From Heteronotia binoei (lineage: Eukaryota), in contig NC_083239.1 in assembly GCF_032191835.1 (NCBI RefSeq), positions 39,370,001 through 39,434,000 of the forward strand: 64,000 bases of DNA, in the 5' to 3' direction. The notes beneath the pieces were generated by a model, which was not told the DNA's origin, ran no database searches, and saw nothing but the letters and a program-made list of their open reading frames with translations. This document shows positions 1-11,131 of the stretch, one piece after another. Position 1 is the first letter of the stretch, and each line of letters starts with the position of its first letter. The translations under genes were made by a program, and so were the position numbers.

Positions 1-160
1 AGTGGTGTTGTCCATCTCTTCTGAACTGTGGGGACTCTGCACTGCTGAATTCAAGCTATATTGAACTGGTTGTGTGTCTCTGCTTACGTAAATCTGAAAT
101 AACAATAGGAGCAGTTTAATTTGTCTTGTTCAGGCTTGGGGGTACAGTCATATTCAGAGT

Positions 161-595
161 TATGGTTGCCAAGTCTGACTCAAGAAATATCTGGGGGTGG
201 AGCCAGGAGCAAAGGTGTGACAAGCATGATTGAACTCCAAAAGGAGTTCTGGTCATCTCAATTAAAGGGACCATGCTCCTTTTAAATGCCTTCCTTCCAC
301 AGGAAATAATGGAGGATAGGAGCACCTTCTTTGGGGGCTCATAGAATTGGACCTCCTAGTCCAATCTTTTTGAATCTTGGGGAGGGGGTGTGTTTTGAGG
401 AGAGGCACTGGATGCTGTGATTAAACTTTGGTGCCTCTATCTCAGAAAACAGCCCCTCTGAAGCCCCAGGTACCCTTGGATCAATTTTCCATTATAGTCT
501 ATGAGAATTGGTCTCCATAGGGTATAATGCAGTGCCCAGCAGACATCCCCCAAACCAGGGGATCCCATGCCTTCAATTAGGGACTGGCAACCCTG
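161..595. mobile_element. Non-autonomous hAT-type MITE (TAGGGTTGCCA-type TIR)
   Basis: Starts TATGGTTGCCA and ends TGGCAACCCTG. Perfect 8-bp TSD TTCAGAGT at 153-160 and 596-603. Related copies at about 14596-15055, 15705-16175, 25095-25592, 30283-30495, 50100-50322 and 57180-57420. Confidence 0.85.
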
Positions 596-1224
596 TTCAG
601 AGTGCTCTGCCCAGCCTGAAGCAATGATTTACCCCATCTAGGAATTTCAAAACAGAAGTCATCTTCTGTTCTTGACGTGGCATTTGAGGAATGAGATTTT
701 GTCTTTCAGACAGGAATTAAATTATGTCCTTGTATACCAGCTATGGTCATCTGGTTGTCACCTACCAGTTGTTCCCCCATTCAAAACAGGCTAGGTGGCA
801 TCAACCAGAGCCGATTGTTTTTTTTCTATGGTGGCTCCCACCCTAGAGAATGGGCACTTTGAGGAGGTGAAGTGGGCACCACCTATAGGAGGTGTTGCAA
901 GGCTATTTTGTTTGCTAGGGGTTTTAAGGGGCTATAAACTGCAGGCATGAGGGGAGGATGGGGCATTGAGTGTGTTGCTGTCAAGTTGTTTCCAGCTGGC
1001 AGCAACCCTATGAATGAATGACCTCCAAAATGTCCTGTTGTTAACAGCCTTGCTCGGTTCTTGCAAGCTGACGGCCATGGTTTCCTACAGGGCTCTTTTT
1101 TGTAAGCTCTTGGAAGATTGGCTCCATCAGGGGTGTGGTCAAATATGCAAAGGAACTCCTGCTAGAATTCCATCTCTGCTGCTGCCTTTATCTTTTCTCC
1201 TAGCATTATTATTTTTTAAGTGAG

Positions 1225-1470
1225 GCTTGTCTTCTCATGATGTGGACAAAGAACTCAGTTCAGTCATTTTAGCTTCTATGATGAATCTAGGCTTGATTTG
1301 TTCTAGTACCCACTCCTTTATCTTTTTGGTGGCCCGTGGTATCCCTAAACCTCTCCTCCAACACCATATTTCAAATGAATCGATTTTCTTCCTGTCAGCT
1401 TTTTTCATGACCCAGTTTCTTGGGGTTTTACTGGACTTCATACAGTTAATTTGGATTTGCAAACCGTCTT
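1225..1470 (-). mobile_element. RTE-clade LINE 3' fragment
   Basis: Translation KKIDSFEIWCWRR..IP..KP matches the RTE/BovB ORF C-terminus; degenerate. Confidence 0.75.
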
Positions 1471-2390
1471 AGAGAAAGAAGCTGTAAATATTTAATGTAT
1501 AATCAATGGCGAGAAAGTTATTGAATTATGGTTTCCGGTACAAACATATTTACTAGAACAGAAGGCAATACCTGATAATCCTGCATATGAAGACTTACTT
1601 TATTTTTAATTTGTGAAATGAGCATATTGGTTATATTGTATGGTACTGTTTTGTGTTATATGAGTCTATTGTAAACGTATGAAAGAACAATAAAGAAAAA
1701 ATTAAAAGAAATATAATCCATGGTGGTCGGTGTCCCCCAAAAGCAGATCAGGCTTCTATTTCCTAATCTTGACCTCCACCATTCTGCCCAATCCAAGATT
1801 TACCCTGCAATTTTTTCACAAAATTCACAATCGCAATTTGCTTTATCATAGTGTTCAAGCGATCCAGAAGAAGAGAGCCATTCCTTTGTAGTTGTTACAG
1901 CTGAACATAGGAGGCTGTTTAATGAGTTAAATCAATGACTGGATTGTTTATCTGTTGAAGGTGTTCAGTATCAATAAGAATGTTCTCTTGAACTTGTAAA
2001 AAAAATATTCTGATTCTGTTTTTATATTTCTGATGCTAACACTTCATAGACTATCAAATTATCTGTCCTGGGCTTTGAAATACTGTTCCAGATATTTCCA
2101 TCATTTTGAGGAAATCGTTGATTCTGATTTCCAAAATAATCACCACAGTCCTCATTTTGAAGTACCAGTGGTGATAACCACGAGTTTAGATGGTTCTAGA
2201 AAATAAATTCTAGAAATGTCTATTTGTCACTTCTGAGGAGCATTTCACTTTTTCCATTCATTTTTTAAAAAAAGCTGGCTGAAGAAACAAGACAGCCACA
2301 TATATCAGAGTAGGCTGGCTGTGCCTCCTGTGTATCTGTGTTAATCCAAATCCTACATAACCAAAATTTGATGAAGAATTATAATGCCTC

Positions 2391-2767
2391 TGTTGTGTCC
2401 TAGGTTCAAATGGAGAACTGTTACTTTTGGAGGGAACTGTTACTTTTGGAGGGAAGCTGAACAAGCCAAGCTTGTACTCCACACCAGGGTTCCAGAGAAG
2501 GCCTAAGCGTGCCCAATCAGGGGAAGGATTGAAACATAAGTAGCCAATCAACATCTAGGCTCATACTGTACCCTGATAGGCCCTTAGGCCTCTGTAAATA
2601 GCCAATCCATGTACATAGTTAAGGTCCAATCAGAAGGGGGCAAGAATTGTATAAAAGGAGCGGGAGGTTTGAATAGAGCTCAGTTTGTGTTGGTGTTCCT
2701 GAAGTAAAGCTTGCTGAAATCACTCTCCGACTCTGGTCTCTTACTGCGCCGACCCCAGTACTTTACA
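2391..2767 (+). repeat. 5' LTR
   Basis: TGTTGTGTCC...CTTTACA; no differences from 6949-7325 seen by eye; TATAAAA at 2650-2656; four CCAAT boxes. Confidence 0.97.
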
Positions 2768-2768
2768 C

Positions 2769-2786
2769 TGGCGACGAGGATGGGAT
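2769..2786 (+). promoter_or_regulatory. Primer-binding site for tRNA-Ser(GCT)
   Basis: TGGCGACGAGGATGGGAT, 1 nt after the LTR, is complementary to the 3' 18 nt of vertebrate tRNA-Ser(GCT) as I recall it (...ATCCCATCCTCGTCGCCA). Confidence 0.88.
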
Positions 2787-2908
2787 GCCAGTAAGAACCA
2801 GCAACAAAACCAGGAACACGGAAAGGTGGCTAAATCCAAGCCATCTGGGTCCCCACCTCCGCTCTGCGCACACCCCATCTCGCAAGCCGCCCAGACACGC
2901 TGCCAAGA

Positions 2909-3904
2909 ATGGAGGCTCCAGCCAACCTCCTGCAGCCCTTTAGCATCGATCGCCCCGAGCTGTGGGACTCGTGGGTCGAAGGCTTCCAGTCATACCTGAC
3001 CTTCCGGAAGATTACAGAGACTACCATGCAGAGAGCTCTGCTTATCAGTACGTGTGGCACGGAGACCGTGGACTTAGCCAGGGCTCTTCTCCAACCCAGG
3101 AAGCTCTCAGAGACGCCGGTGGACGACATCATCAGCGCTCTGGAGAAGTATTTCCAGCCCCAGCCAACCAAGCTCACCCGGCACTGGGACTTCCGACAAA
3201 GGACACAGAAGGCAAGCGAAACCACGATGGCGTTCTTGACAAGCCTGCGCCGGGTGGCAAGCCGATGCAGTTTCGCAGACCTCAACGAAGCCCTTCTCGA
3301 CCAGTTTGTATGGGGCTTGAGGGACGAAAAGCTAGTACAGAAACTCCTGTCCCTCTCCGAGTGCGACCTAACAAAGGCAATCGATGTGGCCACCAGCTGG
3401 GAGAAGGGCAGATCAGCAGGGCCACGGCTGACAAGACAGGCTGCGGCACACCAGATCAACCCTGAACCATCTACAGAGGACTCAGACAAGGACAAAGCTC
3501 TACAAACCGGCTATCGTTCAGCAGGAAGGAAGACCACTCATACCCCACAGGGCATGAGACACAAGACACCACCTGCATGTGCAAGCTGCGGGGGCCAGCA
3601 CGAGCGAAAGACCTGCCAATTCCGGAATGCCACCTGTCAACTCTGCAGCAAGGAAGGCCACATCGCCTGCGCCTGCAGATCCACATCCCGAGCACATGTC
3701 CCGCAAAGATCTGCGCACTCCGAAGGCCAGCCAGACTTCGAGACCGACGCTCTCCACGCCCACCAATACCCGGTACAGTACCTACCCTCGCCAGTCAGGC
3801 CCTCCAAAATCCGGGTCAATGTAGAGATCGGGGGGGGTGCCCTGCCAAATGGAGGTGGACTCTGGGTCAGCATCATCTATTATAGCGGCAGAGACATTTT
3901 TTAA
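2909..3904 (+). CDS. gag: Gag (runs out of frame at the G8 tract, 3830-3837)
   Basis: Retrotransposon gag N-terminus plus two zinc knuckles CASCGGQHERKTC and CQLCSKEGHIACAC. Confidence 0.9.
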   Translation: MEAPANLLQPFSIDRPELWDSWVEGFQSYLTFRKITETTMQRALLISTCGTETVDLARALLQPRKLSETPVDDIISALEKYFQPQPTKLTRHWDFRQRTQKASETTMAFLTSLRRVASRCSFADLNEALLDQFVWGLRDEKLVQKLLSLSECDLTKAIDVATSWEKGRSAGPRLTRQAAAHQINPEPSTEDSDKDKALQTGYRSAGRKTTHTPQGMRHKTPPACASCGGQHERKTCQFRNATCQLCSKEGHIACACRSTSRAHVPQRSAHSEGQPDFETDALHAHQYPVQYLPSPVRPSKIRVNVEIGGGALPNGGGLWVSIIYYSGRDIF

Positions 3905-4403
3905 AATCCCCACCAGGCTGAGGCCTCGTCTCAGGGACCCGGGGTTTACCTTAGTGGACTTCCAGAAGAATAAGGTGCCTATCTTGGGAGTGGGCCTGGT
4001 CCCAGTCGAATACAAGGGGTTCAAGGGCCAGCTACAAGTGCTAGTGGTCAAGAACCACCTTACAAACCTTTTGGGTCTCGACTGGTTCAAGCCCCTGGGA
4101 ATAGAGATCAGGGGGGTCAATAAGACTGTCGGAGTGGACTTTAACAAGGTTTGCGAAGAGTTCCCGGCCGTTTTCGATGGCACCTTGGGCTGCTACACGG
4201 GTCCCCCGGTTACACTACACCTCGACCCCACAGTGCGGCCTATTAGGCTTAAAGCGCGGCGAGTTCCATTCGCGCTCAAGCCTAAAATTGAGGAGGAACT
4301 GGATAAACTGATTGCACAGGGAATACTAGAGCCTGTCACCCACGCAGCCCATCGTGACTCCAGTCAAGCCCAGTGGGGAAGTGCGGATTTGTGCAGACTA
4401 TAA
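3837..4403 (+). pseudogene. pol: Aspartic protease segment of pol, frameshifted at both ends
   Basis: VDSGS active site, NLLGLDW motif, KARRVPFALK..IEEELDKL linker. Confidence 0.9.
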
Positions 4404-6924
4404 GTGCACCCTCTACAAGGCTCTTCAGGCCCACGCATACCCTGTGCCCATCGTCAGCCACGTTTTAGCCACCCTAGCTGGCGCAAAAATTTTTGGCAAG
4501 TTGGACTTGGCCCAAGCTTACCAACAGCTGCCGGTGGATGAGGCCACGGCCAACGCCCAAACAATTGTGACCCACCGGGGGGCCTTTAGAGTAAAGCGGT
4601 TGCAATTTGGAGTGAGTGTGGCTCCGGGGTTGTTCCAGGAACTCATGGACTCTCTTTTAAAAGGACTTCCCGGAGTCACTCCATTCTTCGATGATGTGCT
4701 GATCGCTGCAGCCTCGCCTGAAGAATTCGCCGCCCGCCTTAGAGGAGTCCTACAACGTTTTGAAACAGCCGGCCTCAAGGTCAAACGGGAGAAGTGCCTC
4801 CTGGGCGTGGATCGGGTGGAATTCCTGGGGTTCTCCATCGATGCCCAGGGGGTCCACCCCTCCGACGCCAAGCTGCGTGCCATCAGAGATGCTCCAGCGC
4901 CCACCAACAAGCAAGAACTCCAGGCCTTCCTCGGCCTCCTAAACTTTTATCATGCTTTTCTCCCCCACAAGGCAGCGGTGGCCGAACCCCTGCACCGGCT
5001 TCTAGACAAGAACCGACCCTGGGCGTGGGGCCGCCAGCACGCTAAAGCCTTCCAGGATATCAAGGGCCTCCTGATGTCCAACTCCGTCCTTGCCCATTTC
5101 GACGAGACCCTGCCCTTGGTCCTTGCATGCGACGCATCCCCTTATGGCGTGGGGGCAGTTCTGGGCCACCGACTCCCTGATGGGACCGAAGTCCCTATCG
5201 CGTACTACTCGCGGACCCTCTCGTCGGCGGAGCGGAACTACGCCCAAATCGACAAAGAAGGGTTGGCAGTTGTGGCCGGCGTCAAAAAATTTCATGATTA
5301 CATCTACGGCCGGCCCTTTACCCTCTATACGGACCACAAACCCCTCTTGGGCCTCTTTGCATCAGACCGGCAGACCCCTCAGGTGTTGTCCCCACGGGTC
5401 CTCCGTTGGTCCATTTTTCTAGCCGGCTACACTTACACCCTAGTGCATCGCCCGGGCAAGGCAATGGGCCATGCTGACGCCCTGAGCCGCTTGCCCTTGC
5501 CTGACGTGGATCCCGATCCAGCCCCGGCTCATCAGATCCTACTGATGGACATGCTTCCGGACAGGCCATTGCTCGCCCGCGACGTTGCTGCCCACTCCGC
5601 TCGTGATCCAGTCCTCTCCCGTGTCTTGGACTGGGTGGGGAGGGGGTGGCCCAAGGGCTCGACTGGGCCGGAATTTACTCCGTTTGCAGCCCGGAAAGAC
5701 GAACTATCCACCCACAAAGGCTGCCTACTATGGGGCAACAGAGTCGTCATCCCCAAACCCTTGCAAGACCAAGTGCTTAGAGCCCTGCACGAGGCACACC
5801 CGGGCATAGTCCGCATGAAGGCTCTCGCACGAAGCTATGTCTGGTGGCCCGGCCTCGATGCAGAAATTGAGGCTTGGGTTAAAAGGTGCCCGACATGCCA
5901 GGTGTCAAGGCCTGACCCCCCACGTGGCCCAGTGCAACCATGGGAATCCACCAAACCCCCCTGGTCAAGACTGCATATGGACTTTGCTGGCCCCTTCCAT
6001 GGGCGGACTCTACTCATACTAGTGGATTCATACTCCAAGTGGTTGGAGGTGGTCCAGGTGCCCTCGCCATCATCGCAGGCAACCATCACGGCTCTGAGGG
6101 CCATCTTTGCAACCCACGGGTTGCCGGAGACCATCGTCACCGACAACGGCACAGCATTCACGTCCGCAGTGTTCCAGGACTTCTTAGCCAGGAACCTCAT
6201 CAGGCACATTCGCTCTGCCCCGTTTCATCCAGCCACCAACAGCCAGGCAGAGCGGATGGTGCGCACGGCAAAGGAGGCCTTGAACCGTCTGGGCCCCTCA
6301 GACTGGCCAAAAGACTTGGCGTGTTTCCTAATGGCCTACCGGACCACACCCACCGCCTCCACAGGTCGCAGTCCAGCCGAACTCCTCATGGGCCGCCGCA
6401 TCACCACCCTGATGGACAAGCTGCACCCTGACCGAGCCCCAGACAGGCGACCGGCGCCGGAACACCTTAAAGCCCCCAGAGGGTTCTACCCAGGTGAGAC
6501 AGTGTGGGCACGGAACTATGCCACCACTGGCCCCGCCTGGCTCCCTGGAAAGGTGGACCACGTCACAGGACCGGTCTCCTATGCAGTGACCTTGGAGGGT
6601 GGACATCTCCTGAGGCGACACATCGACCAACTCCGTGGTCGCCTGCCTGCCGGGGAGCCAAGGTCAGAGGCTCCAGATCCGGACAACGTAAGTCCCCGTG
6701 AGCCTGACACAGAACAGGGTTCCGTGGAGCCCGCTTCGGCCCAGCAGGAGGAGACCCCCGACCGCGCAGCTGAACCCAGGTCTTCCGGGGCCGCCGTCCC
6801 AGATGTCTCCAGCTCTGCAGCCGCGGAACCACCAACCGAGTCAGAACGCCCAGTCCCCTCGGAGCTCCGACGCTCGACACGAGACCGCCGCCCTCCGGCA
6901 TATCTCCAGGACTATGTCACCTGA
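4354..6924 (+). CDS. pol: Pol: RT - RNase H - integrase (N-terminal RT motif damaged)
   Basis: RICADYK, KLDLAQAYQQL, FFDD, LACDAS, HHCC (HEAHPG...CPTCQ), DDE (MDFAGP, TDNG, AERMV), and C-terminal GPVSY..RRHIDQLR. Confidence 0.93.
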   Translation: MTPVKPSGEVRICADYKCTLYKALQAHAYPVPIVSHVLATLAGAKIFGKLDLAQAYQQLPVDEATANAQTIVTHRGAFRVKRLQFGVSVAPGLFQELMDSLLKGLPGVTPFFDDVLIAAASPEEFAARLRGVLQRFETAGLKVKREKCLLGVDRVEFLGFSIDAQGVHPSDAKLRAIRDAPAPTNKQELQAFLGLLNFYHAFLPHKAAVAEPLHRLLDKNRPWAWGRQHAKAFQDIKGLLMSNSVLAHFDETLPLVLACDASPYGVGAVLGHRLPDGTEVPIAYYSRTLSSAERNYAQIDKEGLAVVAGVKKFHDYIYGRPFTLYTDHKPLLGLFASDRQTPQVLSPRVLRWSIFLAGYTYTLVHRPGKAMGHADALSRLPLPDVDPDPAPAHQILLMDMLPDRPLLARDVAAHSARDPVLSRVLDWVGRGWPKGSTGPEFTPFAARKDELSTHKGCLLWGNRVVIPKPLQDQVLRALHEAHPGIVRMKALARSYVWWPGLDAEIEAWVKRCPTCQVSRPDPPRGPVQPWESTKPPWSRLHMDFAGPFHGRTLLILVDSYSKWLEVVQVPSPSSQATITALRAIFATHGLPETIVTDNGTAFTSAVFQDFLARNLIRHIRSAPFHPATNSQAERMVRTAKEALNRLGPSDWPKDLACFLMAYRTTPTASTGRSPAELLMGRRITTLMDKLHPDRAPDRRPAPEHLKAPRGFYPGETVWARNYATTGPAWLPGKVDHVTGPVSYAVTLEGGHLLRRHIDQLRGRLPAGEPRSEAPDPDNVSPREPDTEQGSVEPASAQQEETPDRAAEPRSSGAAVPDVSSSAAAEPPTESERPVPSELRRSTRDRRPPAYLQDYVT

Positions 6925-6937
6925 TAGCTGGAACTAT

Positions 6938-6948
6938 GGGGGGAGGGG
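6938..6948 (+). promoter_or_regulatory. Polypurine tract
   Basis: GGGGGGAGGGG immediately before the 3' LTR TG. Confidence 0.9.
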
Positions 6949-7325
6949 TGTTGTGTCCTAGGTTCAAATGGAGAACTGTTACTTTTGGAGGGAACTGTTA
7001 CTTTTGGAGGGAAGCTGAACAAGCCAAGCTTGTACTCCACACCAGGGTTCCAGAGAAGGCCTAAGCGTGCCCAATCAGGGGAAGGATTGAAACATAAGTA
7101 GCCAATCAACATCTAGGCTCATACTGTACCCTGATAGGCCCTTAGGCCTCTGTAAATAGCCAATCCATGTACATAGTTAAGGTCCAATCAGAAGGGGGCA
7201 AGAATTGTATAAAAGGAGCGGGAGGTTTGAATAGAGCTCAGTTTGTGTTGGTGTTCCTGAAGTAAAGCTTGCTGAAATCACTCTCCGACTCTGGTCTCTT
7301 ACTGCGCCGACCCCAGTACTTTACA
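6949..7325 (+). repeat. 3' LTR
   Basis: Copy of 2391-2767 followed by TSD GCCTC. Confidence 0.97.
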
Positions 7326-7336
7326 GCCTCCTAATC

Positions 7337-7512
7337 AGGACTTTTTTGTAGCAGGAACTCCTTTACATATTAGGCCACACACCCCTGAGGTAGCCAATCC
7401 TCCGAGAGCTTACAGGGCCTACTGTAAGCTCCAGGAGGATTGGCTACCTCAGGGCGGGGAGGGGGTGAGGGGATTATTATGCAAAGAAGTTCCTGCTACA
7501 AAAAAAGCCCTG
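7337..7512. mobile_element. Palindromic ~170-bp hAT-type MITE (CAGGGCTTTTTT TIR)
   Basis: Whole element is an imperfect inverted repeat. Family copies at about 27499-27680, 33050-33237, 36405-36562, 48914-49080, 51710-51893, 52273-52446 (TSD CTTCCCAC/CTTTCCAC), 53303-53469, 54490-54670 and 55867-56026. Confidence 0.85.
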
Positions 7513-7993
7513 GTCCTAATATATGACAAAACAGAGCAGTATAAGGTGCAGATCTGTCTTCAAACATCAGTCGCTGCCAAGAACACCTAAGGGGAAGGAA
7601 TTTCCTGTTGAAAATCAGGATGAGGTAGGTGGCTGCTGAACTCCCCCCTCCCAATTTTTCTCTTTTTTTAAATTAATAAATGTATTGAAAAGTTGCCTAC
7701 AAAAACACAATATTCATGGAGCTCTCTGAGAACATTTTTCTCCACTCTAGAAATGAACCTGCCTGGGTGGGAAAACAGGTTAGAGAGGAAGTTCTGATAA
7801 AAGGAAGTAGCAAGTGGAGTTAGAGTTCATGCCTCGTCCCTGACTCCAGCTATTCTACTTGAAATGTTCTTCCTCTTGTAGAAGTTCCTTTTGGTGACTT
7901 GTGTTTTGAAAACCCTGCCATTCCAGCATTGAGATGGAACTATTGCTGATCTGGTCTCCCTAATTCTGCCTTTGGATGAAATTAGAATGTGGG

Positions 7994-9271
7994 TGTAAGA
8001 AAAAGCCCCCTACTTTTCATACACATGGACATCGTGATCACCAGTACGGTTGCCAGGGTGCCTGGAGTTTTGACTCGCACATATCTGCTCTAAGAAGTGG
8101 ACTTTGCCCACGGTTTCTAAGGCTTATGTGGATACTATAAGCCTCAGCTTTGCAGCAGCATTCTACATCTCTGGATGGGTGTTAGCCAGAACTACAGACG
8201 AGCTTCCAGCTGCTCCTTGCGTGCCCAGTCTTGGCCGCTGCAGTGGAAGAAGCCACACCACCATGAACTGTACAGGCAAACAGTTTCCAGCCTGTTTCCA
8301 TAAACCAAAGGCTAACACCACCAGACTCCATCTTGTTTTCCTGATTCCATATCCAACAGCTGCTTCAACTTCTACATAAGGCAATCAAGTTTATCTTAGG
8401 CATGGATCCTGCCAGACCGCCTAAGCCTTTGTCTAACGGAACTCAAGACAAAAACTGAACAAGAGGAAGACCATCTTCAGCCAGAGCCAAGTTCCTTTGC
8501 GTAAACCGAGTGTTACCTTAGGTAGCAATTTGGCCATCTATTGTCACCTTTTTAGATAAGTTTGGTAAACTCAAGCACACCTCCACCCAGTAATTTCCCC
8601 CATTCTTTTCCCCATTTGGGGGCCTCACCCTGGTCCATTGCAACCTGAAAGTCCAACCAGCTACCCCTGGACCAAGCTTGTTCATTGGTCAGTCATGGGC
8701 ACCCAATTAGGTGCCACCAATTAACTTGCTATTGGCTACTGCAGAAGTCCAGCCCTTATGGTCACTGCAGAGCCTCCCCTTTTCTGAGGTCATGTACCAG
8801 CTGACCACCTGTCATCCACCCCTGTACCTCCCATCCCCTAAGGGCTCAAGGTAGTCTATATAACCTGTAACACAGCTCCCCACATGTGCTTCTAGAGGTA
8901 ACCCAATTCCGCTGTCTAGATCCATCCCCAATTCTAAGGCCAAGTTTCTCCCACTTCCTCGCTCATCACCATTGGAGCCTTCCTCGGAGACTACGATCGG
9001 TAAATATCACCCTGTTCGTCTACCCATGTGTTTCTCTATCTCTCTATTTTTCTTAGGACTGTATGTATGATTTTATGAGTATTTTATCTTGTATGGAAGC
9101 CTATATTTTTCTGGAATAAATTGTAATTGTTTTACTTAATTAGAGTCCCTAATATTTTTAAGCATTAATTTCTGGATGTGGAATCCTGTATACACAGGTA
9201 AAAGATCCTGATTAAGCCAGGTGCCCACCTGACAATTCCCCAACCTTGTTTTGAGGGCATTTTGGCTTACA
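7994..9271 (+). mobile_element. Probable solo LTR (ERV-like)
   Basis: TGTAAG...CTTACA inverted ends, 4-bp TSD TGGG (7990-7993, 9272-9275), CCAAT/ATTGG boxes, TATATAA at 8857-8863, AATAAA near 9115. No partner LTR in the window. Confidence 0.55.
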
Positions 9272-9361
9272 TGGGCTTAGTTAAATTACGTTAGGTTCCA
9301 GGGCTTTTTTGAACACACCAGAACAGAGCTCTGGAACCTCTTTGTGGGAACAAATTAAAAA

Positions 9362-9998
9362 AAAAATTCTAGCAGCTAAAAAGGCAAATGCAATTCGGGG
9401 CTGTATCAACAGAAGTAAAGTGTTCAGATTACTTGATGTGATGGTATCGCTTTACTCTGCTCTGGTAAGACCTCACCTGGAGTATTGTGTTCAGTTTTGG
9501 GCACCACATTTTAAGAAGGATATAGACAAGCTGGAATGGGTCCAGAGGAGGGCGATGAAGATGGTGAGGGGTCTGGAGACCAAGTCCTATGAGGAAAGGT
9601 TGAAGGAGCTGGGGATGTTTAGCCTGGAGAGGAAGCATCTGAGACGTGATATGATCACCATCTTCAAGTATTTATCATATAGAGGATGGTGTGGAATTGT
9701 TTTCTGTGGCCTCAGAAGGTAGGACCGGCACCAATGGGTTGAAATTAAATCAAATGAGTTTCCAGCTCAACATTAGGAAGAACTTCCTGACCGTTAGAGC
9801 GATTCCTCAGTGGAACAGGCTTCCTTGGGAGGTGGTGGGCCCTCCTTCCTTGGAGATTTTTAAACAGAGGTTAGATGGCCATCTGACAGCAATGAAGATC
9901 CTGTGAATTTAGGGGGAAGTGTTTGTGAGTTTCCTGCCATTGTGCAGGGGGTTGGACTAGATGACCCTGGAGGTCCCTTCCAACTCTGTGATTCATGA
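9362..9998 (+). mobile_element. CR1 LINE 3' fragment
   Basis: [39 protein letters not shown]-like translation; CR1 3' end GGTCCCTTCCAACTCTGTGATTC. Confidence 0.93.
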
Positions 9999-10589
9999 AG
10001 GGCACCAGGGGAGCATGACAGTCTTTGATCCAACAAAGTATGTTAAAACATGGTTGCTTCAAGGTCATTGCTCAGCATTAGGCACCAAAACCAAGACACG
10101 AAAAGAACTGAGGAAGTTGATAACATGTTTGGAAACTGCTTTAAAGTAGAGAGCAGGAAAATAATATTATTTCAAAGAATCCTATGTGTTTCTCCTTCAT
10201 TTCCCTCTTGAGAGTTCTGGCACCTTTTTTCCTGGGTTTTGCAATGCTTTGTCTTCACATGTTATAGCCAAATTATTTTGAATTTTATTCGGGGTGTTAA
10301 ATACATACATTTTCTGCGACAATCTTGGATTGATGTTGCTCTTAACTACTCCTGAAACATGTGGAACTCATGGCCACCAATAGTGGTGGTAATATTCATG
10401 AGTTTAGATGGCTCTAGGAAAGAATGAGGCATATTGCAGAGGGCAAGTTGATAGACCACTGTTACATATTCTAGTTAAATTGTGCCTTCTTATTCAGAAG
10501 TGAGATGCTTCTTTCAAACCAGATGCTGGGACACAAATTCCAGAGCAAGGCTGTTTTTTATGTACTGCTTGTGAAGCTCCACAGGTAAG

Positions 10590-11131
10590 CTGGCTAGTTG
10601 CCCTTTGGTGTAGTGGTTAAATGTGCAGACTCTTATCTGCTAGAACCACATTTGATTCCCCACTCTCCCACATTTTTTCTGCAGATTTATACCCCACCCG
10701 TTTCTCTGAATCAGAGACTCAGAGCGACTTATAATCTCCTATATCTTCTCCTCCCACAACAGACACCCTGTGAGGTGGGTGGGGCTGAGAGGGCTCTCGC
10801 AGCAACCGCCCTTTCAAGGACAACTCCTATGAGAGCTATGGCTAACCCAAGGCCATTCCAGCAGGTGCAAGTAGAGGAGTGGGGAATCAAACTCGGCTCT
10901 CCCAGATAAGAGTCCGCACACTTAACCACTACACCAAACTGGCTTACATGCCACTGCTGGAGTGATCTTGGGTCAGTCATAACACTGTCTGAAGCTGTTC
11001 TTCTCAAGAGCAGTTCTGGAAGAGCTCTCTTAGCCTCTCCTACCTCCCAAGGTGTCTGTTGTGGGGAGGGGAAGGGAAAAGAGACTCCTTAGGGTAGTGA
11101 AGGGCTGGGTATAAATCCAATCTCTTCTTCT
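10590..11131 (+). mobile_element. tRNA-derived SINE (Squam3-like) interrupted by an antisense copy at ~10672-10945
   Basis: A-box TGGTGTAGTGGTT and B-box-like TTTGATTCCCC at the 5' end; the 3' half resumes at ~10946; the inner copy is reverse-complement. Confidence 0.75.

Larger units (their letters stand above)
2391..7325 (+). mobile_element. Full-length Ty3/Gypsy LTR retrotransposon (probably Mag clade), frameshifted
   Basis: Two 377-bp LTRs (TG..CA), 5-bp TSD GCCTC (2386-2390, 7326-7330), PBS, PPT, and domain order gag-PR-RT-RH-IN. Clade assignment is inferred from the tRNA-Ser PBS, twin zinc knuckles and absence of a chromodomain. Confidence 0.97.

Noticed and set aside
3825-3845. Programmed ribosomal frameshift between gag and pol
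   Set aside because: It falls in a G homopolymer inside the protease N-terminus, with no slippery heptamer or Ty-type +1 site recognised. Removing one G restores a continuous sensible protein.
2830-6901. Overlapping and antisense ORFs across the Gypsy element
   Set aside because: By-products of GC-rich coding sequence; no recognisable motifs.
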